A DNA stretch of 51,557 bases from Octopus bimaculoides (lineage: Eukaryota), in assembly GCF_001194135.2 (NCBI RefSeq), contig NC_069005.1:30567461-30619017 (forward strand). Reading direction: 5' to 3'. A model generated the notes under the pieces. The model worked only from the letters and a program-made list of their open reading frames with translations, did no database searches and was not told the origin of the DNA. Made by a program: the position numbers and the translations under genes. Of the stretch, positions 1 through 23,291 are shown in pieces; the first letter of the stretch is position 1; the number at the start of each line of letters is the position of its first letter.

Positions 1-132
1 ATATATATATGCATACTTATATATGTATGTCTATATTTATACATATATATATATATATATATATGCATACTTATATATGTATGTCTATATTTATACATAT
101 ATATATACACACACATATACATACATATATAT
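1..132. repeat. (TA)n-rich compound microsatellite
   Basis: Direct reading; contains a tandemly duplicated unit of about 54 nt. Confidence 0.9.
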
Positions 133-838
133 AGAATGCAATAAACGTTTATATATGTGTGTATATATATGTTTGTAAACATAGACGCATACACATACAC
201 ACACACACACACACACATTCCATAATCATGATTGTTCTCTGTTGCAACAAAACAACATCGAAATCATCATAGCAACAAGATGATGTACTCACTTGACGAT
301 ATCTTACACCGACTCGCAGCATCGCATTTACAAACAAGAAAATGTCTATACCAAAACATGTAAGAATTTATGGCTTTGATGACATTTTTAAAATGCATTA
401 AGAGACGTAAATAAAGTGAGAAGGCTGCCGCATGGGATCGAAACCTGACACTTGTTTCAACTTCGCCTGACGATCGATAACAGCTATTTTTTTTTTTAAG
501 GGAGTTTGTCCATATTTCATCCTGTGATGCAACTAGAAACCTCATCAATGATGCTTCCTCGGGGTCGTTAGATGCTTCGGGTCTTTTTCAACATCAAACA
601 CCTTTACCCAGGCAACCCAATCGGTGGTAGATCAAACCCCAGATTGAGTCCAATTAACAGTACCCCTAATATATGAATATTCTTCTCCAATTTACTATTT
701 TGTTTGTGGGGACCCCCCAAAAAAATCTTATATGGTCCCCAGTTGAGAACTATTGGGCTTGAGTGCGACGGAAGAACAAGCCCAGATGTCTTGCAACAGA
801 AGTACAAGGCTATCTCGCATTATATAAAAGGTGAATCA

Positions 839-1073
839 GGCGGCGAACTGGCAGAATCGTTAGCACGTCGGGCAAAATGCTTAGCGGTATTTCGTCTGTC
901 TTTACGTTCTGTGTTCAAATTCCGCCGAGGTCCACTTTACCTTTCATCCTTTCGGGGTCGATAAATTAAGTACCAGTTACGCATTGGGGTCGATGTAATC
1001 GACTTAATCCCTTTGTCTGTCTTTGTTTGTCCCCTCTATTTTTATCCCCTTGTGGGCAATAAAGAAATAAGAA
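839..1073 (+). mobile_element. tRNA-derived SINE, family A (other copies approx. 1087-1246+, 1835-2049-, 6860-7460-, 8130-8350-, 10610-10845-, 24535-24740+, 27270-27440+, 44300-44545-)
   Basis: GGCGGCGAACTGGCAGAATCGTTAGC head, B box GTTCAAATTCC (913-923), shared body CCTTTCATCCTTTCGGGGTCGATAAA, A-rich tail. Confidence 0.8.
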
Positions 1074-2754
1074 ATGTTGGCATACTGGGCGAAATGCTTA
1101 GCGGTATTTCGTCTGTCTTTACGTTCCGAGTTCAAATTCTGCCGAGGTCTACTTTACCTTTCATCCTTTCGGGGTCGATAAATTAAGCACCAGTTGCTTA
1201 CTGGGGCCAATCTAATCGACTGATTCCTTCCCACCAAATTTCAGGATTATATAAAAGGTGAATAGGAGTAGCTGGAAAAACGGGAAAGAGGACAGAACTG
1301 GTGGTATGAGATGCTAGAGCATGCACCTCAGCAGTCCCCAACCACCGGGCCGCAGATGATTTGAAACTGGGCCGCACAGAAACAATAAATTTTAAATTTT
1401 TATTTCCGTTTTATTGACTATCACAACCACTAATGTTCTTTCTGCTTTAAATGTGTACTACAGAAGTTTTATATCTTTTGCGTTTTACTTGCTTAAGTCA
1501 TTAGACTGCGGCCATGCTGGGGCACCGCCTTGAGGAAATTTTAGCCGAATAAATCGCTATCAGTATTAGTTACTTTCCCTTTAAGACTGGTATCGCTACG
1601 TTGCGGGGACGTAAACAAACCAACACCGGAACCATGTGGTTGAGAAACAAACCTCTTGCAATAACAGCCACGCTATGTTATTATTAAATTATGTAATATG
1701 CATTTTAATGCGTTTTTGTTAAACGCATGATCCCTCGAACCGTGTTGAATGAAACCGTTCCATGGTGCAAAAAAAAAAAGGTTTGGGACCCGTTGATCGA
1801 ATTCAATCAACTTTCATGATGGAGTGATGTAAATATTGATTTCAACTTTTGGCACAAAGCCAACAATTTCGGGGGTGGGGTTAAGTCGATTACATCGACC
1901 CCAGTGTTCAATTTCTGCTTATTTTATCAACCCCGAAAAGATACAAAGCGAAGTCAACCTCGGCGGAATTTGAACTCAGAACGGAAAGACGGGCGAAATC
2001 CTGCTAAGCGTTCTGCCCGACGTGCTAACGATTCCGCCATCCCATCGCCTTTTAAATAACGTACATAAGGGTAGCTAACAGGGGAGGCAACTCGCATTAT
2101 CAACAGTAACTCTTTGTTTGCAATGACAGATTTATTTCCCTTGTTAAATTTGCCATTTACATCGGTGAATGTGATTTATAATTTAATTTCATATTGCAAA
2201 TCCAGAACAGCTTCAAACGTTGGATATACACGTTCAAATCGAGTCGCAATGTGTTTAGGGCGTCTTTAGCGACGAGAGTGAAGAGAGAATAGGCGAAAGA
2301 CACACATCCACCTATAAAGATACATGTATTTGCACGCACATTTATATAATACATATGTTACACAGTATATACAAAAATGTACTATTATTCATATGTATGT
2401 ATACATATATTAAAACGTGTATGCGCGTGCGTCTGTGTATATGTATATGCGTGTGTGTATGTATATAGGCATATGAACATACAAATAAATATATACATTC
2501 TTTTACTTCTTTCAGTCATTTGACTGCGGCCATGCTGGAGCACCGCTTTTAGTCGAACAAATCGACCCCAGGACTTATTCTTTGTAATCCTAGTGCTTAT
2601 CCTATCGGTTTCCTTTTGCCGAACTGCTAAGTTACGGGGACGTAAACACACTAGCGTCGGTTGTCAAGTGATGTTGGGGGGGAATGAACCAATAAAGGGA
2701 AGAAAGAAAGAAAGAAAGAAAAAGGGAAAAGAAAAGAAGGAATTTTCAATAAAT

Positions 2755-2760
2755 TTTATT
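2755..2760 (-). terminator. Candidate polyadenylation signal AATAAA of PSMC2
   Basis: TTTATT on the plus strand, about 120 nt downstream of the stop codon. Confidence 0.55.
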
Positions 2761-2877
2761 CAGCAAAAACTGATGTGAAGGAGTTTTGACATAAGAAAAC
2801 AGTTTAAAAAAAAACATTTAAGCTTAAAATATATTAATCTAGATATATAGAGAAAGAGATATAACCATGATAGTTCT

Positions 2878-13353
<10,476 letters not shown>

Positions 13354-14773
13354 GCTTGTTGATTTTCTTTTAAAAAAAATAGCAAAACTCCTTCGATAAG
13401 ACAAAAATTAATTAGGGGACAAACAACTGACTACAAGACTTAACGAAGGATGATTTGACCGAAGAGCTCCACCGGGAGATAGTTGTCTACCCTTGACTAC
13501 GCTCCTTCACTATTGCTGTCTATTTACACTCTCTCTCATTTTCTGTCTTGATATAACTTTCTCTCTCTCTTATTTCTATTTATTTATTTATCTCTCTCTT
13601 ATTTCTATTATTTATCTCTCTCTCTCTCTTTCATTTTCAGTCAGTTATCTCTTTCTTTCTGTCTCTTTCATTTTCTGCCTAGTTATCTCTTTCTCTCTCT
13701 CTCTCACTCTTTCACCTTCTGTCTAGTTATCTCTCTCTCTTTCATTTTCTGTCTCACTGCATAATTGTTGAAAACGTAGGGATCCAAGGAAATATTCTTT
13801 AAAAGAAAGAAAATGAAGGGAGACAATGGCTTGAAAGAAATTTTGCTATTATTTCTAGCATATCATTGAGGCCTTCTAAGTGTCGTCTGCTCAGCATTTC
13901 CCATAGGCATGGTACCCTACTAACCTGAGTGTAGGACAAAAGCCCCCTAGGTCAAAACCCCCATAGTTAAAGTGTGAAAGTGGACAAAACCCCATCAGTT
14001 TATTTTTCCGGTATTTTTTCGCCGCCCCTGCCACCCTTTCGTTGTTTCAATCATTAGACTGCGGCCATGCTGGGGCACCACCTTGAAGAATTTCTAGATG
14101 ACTGTATGGAACCCAGAATTTTTTTAAGCCTGGTCAAAACCACCCCTGTGGTATATTTCGGTTCTTTTCCACCCCCTTTGTACTTATCAAGTCATTAGAT
14201 TGCGGCCAAAAAAGTAGCAAGAAATCTGCTTCACAACTACATGGCTCCGAGTTCAATCCCATGGCCTGGCACCTTTGATAAGTGTCTCTTACTATAGCCC
14301 CGGGCCGACTGAAGCCTTGTGAGTGGATTTGGCAGACAGAAACTAAAAGAAGCCCATCGTGTGTGTGCACGCGCGAGTATTTCTTCCAACATCGCTTGAC
14401 AATCAGTGTTAGTTTGTTAAAGCCCCCATAACTTAACATTTCGGCAACAGAGACCAACAGAATAAATATCACTTAAAAATTAAGTTCTGGGGTCGATTTG
14501 TCACGCTCAACCACTTCGAAGCGGTGTCCCACCATCGCCGCAATCCAATGATAGAAACAAATAAAGATAGAATATGATAAAATATACAACTAAGCCTCTC
14601 AGGTAGCTCGAAATAGCAGTCAAATCACCCTCAAATTACAATGCCTTAAAAAAATGGAAGGGAAAAGAGGGGAGACAGAAACGAAATAGCTGTGGTTACA
14701 ACGCATTCGGTGATATGTGGACGACCTAGGGTTAAAAAGCATAAACAATTACTGACATGGTTAACGTTTTAAA

Positions 14774-14861
14774 CACGTGATTACCTAATCCTACGTTTTG
14801 ATTGGCTGGTTTTCCTGATTGGTTCAATTTCAAACGTAGCGCGGCTAAACTTTTATTCAAA
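14774..14861 (+). promoter_or_regulatory. Candidate KIF20 core promoter: E-box, two inverted CCAAT boxes, two inverted CHR-like TTCAAA, GCGCGG
   Basis: CACGTG 14774-14779; ATTGG 14801-14805 and 14818-14822; TTCAAA 14829-14834 and 14856-14861; GCGCGG about 14839-14844. All lie just upstream of a strong donor. Confidence 0.5.
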
Positions 14862-15033
14862 TGTGAAAATACTACAAATTTCTGTTTATTTTTTCCTGGT
14901 TAACAAAGTTGTTTGTTTTTTTTTAACATTAATTCACCATTTTTCACTGCACTCGTTTTGTTTTTTTTTTACTACAAAACTCATCATTTCGTGATATTTC
15001 TTTCTGAAACTGACACGTTAAAGTCTTAATTAG
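14862..15033 (+). other. KIF20: Putative non-coding first exon of the kinesin gene (5' boundary uncertain)
   Basis: Perfect AG|GTGAGT donor at 15033/15034 downstream of the promoter motifs. The ATG exon has an acceptor (tttttgtgcag, ending 19150) only 10 nt before the ATG, so an upstream exon is required. Confidence 0.55.
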
Positions 15034-15868
15034 GTGAGTAACTTCAGAAGTTTTCTTTCATATTTATTCCATTAATTGAACTCGTAACCTTTGTTACTCT
15101 ATCTAATGTTTGTAACGTCTAACTAATTATATACACAAGCATCTCAAAATGTAAGTAGCCTCCGTCGTTTTCTGAAAGAATTATTTCTAGAAATAAATGT
15201 CATTTAATGCATTTAAAATACTTAATCTAGTAATTAGTAGGCATTCCTTGTGCTGCTTTTAATGGCTTGACCCGTTTCAGCATTGTGCTAATGAGTAATA
15301 TCTCCACAGATAAAATTGCATAATGTGAGGTGTCCAGTTTGGTGCAGGTAGCTAATTCTTCATTTGAATGACCGAGAAATGTATGTTTCGTAAAGAAAAA
15401 TTATCGATCCATTACCTTGTATTTGTGATCTGATTGCTGGTTTATAAATGAATGCGATAATGGGGACTGGCATTTTTGGTTATTCTAGCATTAAAAAGAA
15501 AAATATTATGAATACCTAACTAATTTTTTAAAAAATTATTTGCTTACCAGTTAATTAAGTAAATTTAGTTTGAAAAGTTAACGGCTATCTCTTAACGTGA
15601 ATCTAGTGAAAATGATTATATTTTCGGTGTATTTAAAGCACTTTCTTTTAGAACCTTAATTTATTAAGTATAGGCCTACTACGTTGGATATTGTATATCC
15701 AAATATACAGTGCTATCCTATATAATGTATATTGCTAGTATTCTTTTTTGATTACTAATTATATGGTTTTTATTATTATCAATTCTTCCTTTGGTAGCAC
15801 TTGAGTCGTTCGCGTATATATTCTACCATCTCTCGAAATATTTAATTTTTAGATATATATGCATTTAC

Positions 15869-15899
<31 letters not shown>

Positions 15900-18333
15900 N
15901 NNNNNNNNNNNNNNNNNNNNNNNNNNNNNNNNNNNNNNNNNNNNNNNNNNNNNNNNNNNNNNNNNNNNNNNNNNNNNNNNNNNNTATATATTATTATTTC
16001 GAGGTTGACTTTGCCTTTCAACTTTTTGGGGTGAATGAAATAAATACCAGTTGATTTCTGGAGTCGATGTAACGACTGAAACCCTATCTCTGGAAAAAAA
16101 AAAAATCCTGACCTTGTTTCTAAAGCAATATTATTTTTCGAATAGATAAAATAATTATGGCAATGCAAACATGTTCTTAACTATAAAAGATTGTGGATGC
16201 GTGTATGTATATGCACATACATATCCCAGTGTATATAAATGATAATTTTTGGTGGTGTTTATATAAAACTGAAATGTACATTTCATATGGAAATGGCGCA
16301 ATTCGTATTACAAGACGAAGTACCTCCCCTCACCCGCTTTCTTAGTTCAACTCACACTAGTTGTCAGTGTGTACATGCCGTTCGTATTTTCTTTTTAGCT
16401 GGGTGTCTGCATTAAAATGAATGACTGGTTTTTGCAATGAAAATAACTTACAAATATTGTAACGGCGTGGAACCCTTTATGTTAAGAAAGATTACATGTG
16501 ATGAAACGTAACAAAGTGGAATAAAATTTAAAATTTACTGTTTTTTTTAAATGAATAGACGGTTTGACATGTTAACAAAAGAAAGGAAATATAAATAGGA
16601 TAATTCTAATTTTTTTAATGAGAATTTCTGGGGTTTTTCGCGTAACATTGTAGCATTTAGTTAAGCAGCTTTGTCTTCCGTTCAAATTCTGCCGACGTGG
16701 TTGGTCTATGCCTTTCACATTTCAAAAGTTGTTTAAATAAATAAAGTACCAATCAAGTACACCTACAGGGCCCGATTCTTCCCTAATCGACGGTAGCTTT
16801 TCTTCAGATTTGTAGTTTGTGGTCTTTNNNNNNNNNNNNNNNNNNNNNNNNNNNNNNNNNNNNNNNNNNNNNNNNNNNNNNTATACATGCTCTCATACGA
16901 TTCCTGTTTATGACACAGCAAAATTTTTTTAAGAAACATGGTTTGTAAATAAAAGTGCATTCCAATATACTAAAATTGGAAATTATGTAGGGCACAAAAA
17001 AAATTTTTTTAATTTTTTCGAGCATGTAGGAGTGGCTGTGTGGTAAATACCTTGCTTCCCAGCCACATGGTTTTGGGTTCAGTCCCACTGCGTGACACCT
17101 TGGGCTAGTGTCTTCTACTATAGCCTCGAGCCGACCAAAGCCTTGTGAGTGGATTTGGTAGACGGAAACTGAAAGAAGCCCATCATATATATGTATGTGT
17201 CTGTATTTGTTCCCCCAACATCGCATGACATCCGATGATGGTGTGTTTACGTTTCCTTAACATTCTGGGTCTCCAAAGGGTCTAGCTCTACTGTATTGAT
17301 ATCAATCTTGAGTAGATGAAAACTGACAGAAGCCCATAATCATTTAATGTCTGTTTTCCATGCTGGCATGTGTTAGATGGTTTGACAGGCGCTGGCAAGC
17401 TAGAGAGCTGCACCAGGCTCCAGTTGTCTGTTTTGGCAAGGTTTCTATGGCTGGGTGCCAACCACCTTACAGAGTCTACCGGGTGCTTCTTATGTGGCAC
17501 TGGCACAGATTTGAATATATGGATCTGTGAATGTTTGTCTTCTTGTCTTGACGTTGTGTGGTTGTCTTAAATTAAAGTCGTTCATTTCCAGTGTTCTGGC
17601 CTTGGGGGGAAATATTACCTTGCTTGGAAGTGGGTAAGGGTTGGTGACAGGAAGGGCTCCCAGCTGTAAAAAATTGGCCTCAATAAGATCTGTTCAACTG
17701 ATGCAAGCATGGAAAAGTGGATATTAAAAATGATCATGGTGGCAGTTACCCAACCACCACATTACTCAACGCAGACTCCCTTGGGTTGTAATATACAACT
17801 ATAAAATGTCCCCAAGGACAAAAGTTACCAACCCCCACCTCTACCCCCTTGTGACATTTTTCTGCAGCTTGTCCATTTCCTCTCGTACACTGACTTTTTA
17901 TTCATTTGAATAACAATCAGGGGTCTATGAAACCTCCACCACCACCACACTGTCTCACCAACCATCATGACCTGTAAATAACACAGTTTTATAATATAGT
18001 GGCATTTGTAGTGTTCCACTGTCACATTGCTTGTCAGTGGGATGTGGTTGACAAACTGCAAGCAGCTCGAGGTGTGTTTGTGTTTGTGGGTCTCCTTATG
18101 TAAACTGCTTTGGGTTGCATTGGTTTTTTTAGCTTAACAGCTTGGTAAATTGAAACAGATAACAGAAGTAGTTGGGTCGACGTTGTATGTGTGATAAGCG
18201 GTGGGAAGATAAGTGGATGGACGTGCGTGATAGTAGAGATGAGATGTGAAGTCAAGAAAGAGGTGCTCAGAAGAAGTAAATGAGTGGAGCCAAGGGGGCA
18301 AAAGAAAAAATGGCAGCAAGTCAAAGCAGGGCA

Positions 18334-18372
<39 letters not shown>

Positions 18373-19160
18373 NNNNNNNNNNNNNNNNNNNNNNNNNNNN
18401 NNNNNNNNNNNNATAAGGGCATTACTACAGAATAATGCCACACACTAGACTTCCCAAATAAACACATTTTAGTACCGAATGCAAGGAAAGAAACCAACTT
18501 TCTTTTAAATAACTCAACTATGTATCGACCGATTTTGCGATTACTAGAATGAAATCTAGTTTTCGTTCATCAGCATAGTATAGTCCAAAAAAAAATATGC
18601 ATGGCTCAGTGGTTAGAGCATTGGGCTTACAACTGTGAGGTTGTGAGTTCAATACCTGGACCGAGCTTTGTGTTTTGTTCTTGAGTAAGACATATTTCAC
18701 ATTGTTCCAGTTCACTGAACTATAGAAATGAGTTGCGATGTCACTGACGCAAAGCTGTTTCAGCCTTTGCCTTTCCTTTGGACATTATTGGTTCTGTGGA
18801 GAGGAGAGGCTGGTATACGTTTGCAACTACTGGTCTTCCATAAACAGCCTTGCTCAGACTTGTGCCTCGGAGGGTAATGTTCCAGGTGCAATTCCATGGC
18901 CCTTCTTGACTGAAAGGGGTATTTGTGAGTTTGCTTCCTGGACTGAGCTGTGTTGTGTTCTTGAGCAAGACACTTTATTTCATGTTGCTCCAGTTCACTC
19001 AGCTGTAAAAATGGTACCAAGCTGTAGAAAATCTNNNNNNNNNNGGTGCCAAGCTGTAGAAAATCTTCAACAAATTTCATCTGACCCACACTTGTGCAAG
19101 GAAATAGTGAAAATTTTTTTAAATGGTTTAAATTTTTTTCTTTTGTGCAGAATTTTCATT

Positions 19161-19343
19161 ATGACGAGTAGAGAAACAATTTTATCATCGGAAGATGCTG
19201 AAGATGAGGAAAAGGTGGGAGATGGTCTGCGTAAAAACTTACTTGATGAATTTTACTGCGAAACAAATGAAAACTTTGAAAAGCTAAAGGTCTATTTGAG
19301 GGTTCGACCATTCACAGCAGAGGAGCAGCAGAACAAGTATCGG
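19161..19343 (+). CDS. KIF20: KIF20 exon 1 ([10 protein letters not shown]...[19 protein letters not shown])
   Basis: 183 nt; donor CGG|gtgagg; phase 0. Confidence 0.9.
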
Positions 19344-22300
19344 GTGAGGTTCTGTTTAATATTCTGTGAGATTGGTAAAGGCTGATGTGTGTGGGTTGTC
19401 TTTATAGTGAGAAAACCTTGTGTGTGTGTGTGTACATATACATACACATAGATGGTATGCCCTTTCTGATACCAACTGCTTTACATACGTGTGTGTGTCA
19501 TGATGTCTGGTCATGGGGAAAACATTGCCTTGTTTTGAAGTGAGGCTTATTGATAGGAAGGGCATCCGGTCATAGAGAATCAGCCTCAACAAAACTCCTT
19601 CTGACCCATGCAAGCATGGGAAAGTGGGCGTTAAACTGCTGGTGATGCCTTCTTTTCATTAAACTTTTTTTCTTACATCTTCTAGAGCTGTCTGACAATC
19701 TGTGGTAAGACTGTCACAGCCTGGGCACCAAAGGACTCCAACACTTACAAAAGTAGCACTTACATTACCAACAAGAATGTCCAGACATTCAAGTTCTCAA
19801 GAATTTTCGATGAACAGACATCACAGAGTGACTTTTACAGCGAAACCTGTCAGGGACTCGTGAAGAACTTCCTCAATGGACAGAACTGTCTCGTGTTTGC
19901 TTATGGAGTAACCAACTCGGGCAAGACATACACAGTACAAGGTATTCAATCTTTCATCTTTTTTTCATCTTAATTGTTGAAAACAATTGTTTTCTTATTT
20001 TTTTTTTTTTTTGTACAAATTTATTACCATTTCACTCGGTCCACTCAGCTGGCAAAAATGAGTAGTACCAGTAATTCAATGGGCCAACCTTGTCACGCTG
20101 AATCTCCCTGAGAACTACATTAAGGATTATTTACATAAGACGGATAAGTATCCTCACCTTGTTGTTACCACAGCATTTCAGCTGATGTACTCTACAGCCT
20201 TCATCAGGTGTCTTGGTAGAATTTCGAACCCAACACTTTATTTGACTAATGGGCTACTCTGTAGAACAGTATTACGTTAAGGATAAGCGTACATGTCTGC
20301 AGTACTCAACCACTTGCACCTTAATTCTATGAGCAGGCGGTTCTGTTGATCGGATCAACTGAAATCCTTGTCAGTAATGCCAGTAATGCCAGCTGTATGT
20401 TATATCATTTCGTCATTTATTCTTTCAGCGAAAATATCACATTCTTTGTTTGCTATTTCAGGTACACAGAAAGAACCGGGCATCTTACCTCGTACGCTTG
20501 AGACAATATTCAGCCACGTCTCTGGTAAACTGTGGCTCGGTCTCGACCTAAAACCAAAAATGTATTTAGATGTCATAAAATTATCGCCCAACTTTGAATC
20601 TGAAGAGAAACAAAGGAAAGAAGAACTTTTGCGGTTAGCTTCTTTTGAGGTGAGTTGTTTACTCGATTACTTTCTGAATTTTCCATCTTTCACCGTTTAA
20701 TTTAAAATATCTTGGAGTGGTCAAGCGGTCAGTAAGTGAAATATGTATTTAATCCCGTTCTCATCTAACTGCAGTTCTTTTGTACCATGCCAGGATATAA
20801 AGGCACTTTCAAGTGAAAGGTGTCAAATACCTTGACAAAACCATGATACGTTAATGCAGTAATATGCTTAAATCATTTATTTATATGAATATAACATATA
20901 TTTATATTTGTACATATGCTTTTTTATATTTCAGGAATCTGATATTCACAGCACTTTTGCCGACAGTGGTCGTGAGTCATGTACCTTAGACACCCAAGAA
21001 ACCAGCCACGGTGAGGATGCGGCAGCAGCCAAAGGTGGTGGTGGGGCATGCATTCACATTATGAAAAAGAAGTAGAGGGGTTGTCTGTTGTTGTAGAATT
21101 ATCAGACAGATTACTAAGCCAGGGAGCCAAAACCTCTTCACATCTTCTAATGAGGACATGGCCCTTCACTATTTAATGTTTTTGTCTTTTAATTGATGAC
21201 TGATTAATTACCATATACATTTGTAATTAACCCTTTAGCATTCAGATTGCTCTGTCAAATAGAATGCTCGTTTATTCACATTGTCTTGAAATAACCATGT
21301 ATTCTCTCATGGTTTTAAGATTTCAATTTTGCAATTATTTATTTTTAGAACGACATTGTAGAATAGGTGAGATAGGCCAGATCCAGTGTTTTAGCCAGAT
21401 AGGGCCTGGTTAAATTGCAGGACTTTATGAAAAAACTGCATGTGACTTATTTATTGAACCTTGCTGTGGGTTGGAAATTTGCAGCTTGCACTAATGCACA
21501 ATCATGTGCACATATGTTGACACTCATTCTGTTATTCCAGTCAAATGACTGAAACCAGTAACAGAATAACCGTTCCACATGCCAAACACTTTACAGTGTG
21601 AACTGGATGCTTTTTGCATGGCACCAGCACTGGCAAGGTCACCAAGTAACTTGCAAGACAAGGGAATTTGAGAGGGGGCAGGGGCATTTGAGGAGGAGAA
21701 CTTGTGTCAGAGGATGAAAGGTTAAAATATGACAGTCAGAAACAGGTGTCTTACTGTAGAGGATGTGCATGGTACCCAGTGAGATAGGTACAAGAAGTTT
21801 CTATGTCCTGAATTCATTTTCACAGATTTTAAGAACTTAGAAGTATAGCAGACAGTATTTGCCCAAGGTGCCATGCAGTAGGAAAGAATCTGGGGATTGT
21901 GTAGTTGTGAAATGAACTTAAAACAGTCGAGTGATCCTTAGGAGCTTCCATAGAATTTGCCAACATTTTCATAATTTATGAATTTAAAATAATGTCAATT
22001 GTTAAGACACACCTCAAACATGAAATTGTTCTTCTCCTCAGATTCTGATGTCAATGAAGAGGATTTGCTGCGTTCCACCCATCTGGATGACTCTGCGTTC
22101 TCGGGCCAAATAAAGTATTCCATATGGGTCAGTTTTGCTGAGGTATATAATGAAAATGTGTTTGATCTTCTGGTTACTCCTCTCCATAAGAAGCGGAATA
22201 TCTTGAAGTTGGGTCAGGACAAAAATGGTAACCATTATATTCGTGGTGAGTAATATTTCTTTTGACTTTTGATCTGGTGACAATTGAGTTGGATGGTTGC

Positions 22301-23234
22301 GCCTCTCAATGGTTTCGTTAACATCCTCATCACCATCGTCATCCAATGTCCACTTCTCCTTGCTTGTATGAATCGGATGGAATTTGTTGAGAGATATTCT
22401 TGGGCCAGATGCCTTTCCTGTCACTGGCCCACACCTATTTCTAAGTAAGGTTAAGTTTACCCATGGCCAGACATGTTTTCATGGCAGATTTGTATTTAAG
22501 GTCACTGGTAGTAACGACGTGTCACTCATTTACAACTATCATGCATAAGGAAAGGCATCTTGGTAGACAGAAACTGAAAGAAGCTGGTTCTATGTATCAT
22601 CATCATCATCGTTTAACGTCAGCTTTCCATGCTAGCATGGGTTAGACGATTTGACTGGGGACTGGTGAGACCAGATGGTTACACCAGACTCCAATCTGAT
22701 CTGGCAGAGTTTCTACAGCTGGATGCCCTTCCTAATGCCAACCACTCCGAGAGTGTAGTGCCACCGGCACTAAGACCAGTCAGGTGGTACTGGCAACGGC
22801 CAAGCTCAAAATGGTGTATTTTACGTATATATGTGTGTGTGTGTGTGTGTGTGTTAAGAGCTTAACGTTCATTCTCACTTGACATCTTTTCTTTTCTGTA
22901 TTAAATCCTAAACCCTGATTGTTATCTATCATCCACTGATTGCTTTCTGACACGTTTGTTTCCATTTCTTACACATGTGATAGGTTTGACAGAAGTGAAT
23001 GTTTCATCCATTGAAGAGGCCCAGAAAGTGTTGATTCTTGGCCAGAAAAATCTCCACAAGGCTGCCACAAAACTCAATCACAATTCCTCTCGAAGGTAAG
23101 GCTACATCGTTTGTTTATTCTTTTGTGGCCCATGGCTCTTGCTATCATCAAACCTCATCTGTTTCCAAGTGGAGTACTAATACTTCTCTCAGACAAGCAG
23201 GGACTTGCCAAGACAAGTGAAATACAAACTGACA

Positions 23235-23291
<57 letters not shown>

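Noticed and set aside
19942-19951. U12-type intron donor (GTATTCAATC)
   Set aside because: Does not match GTATCCTT, and no U12 branch site is visible.
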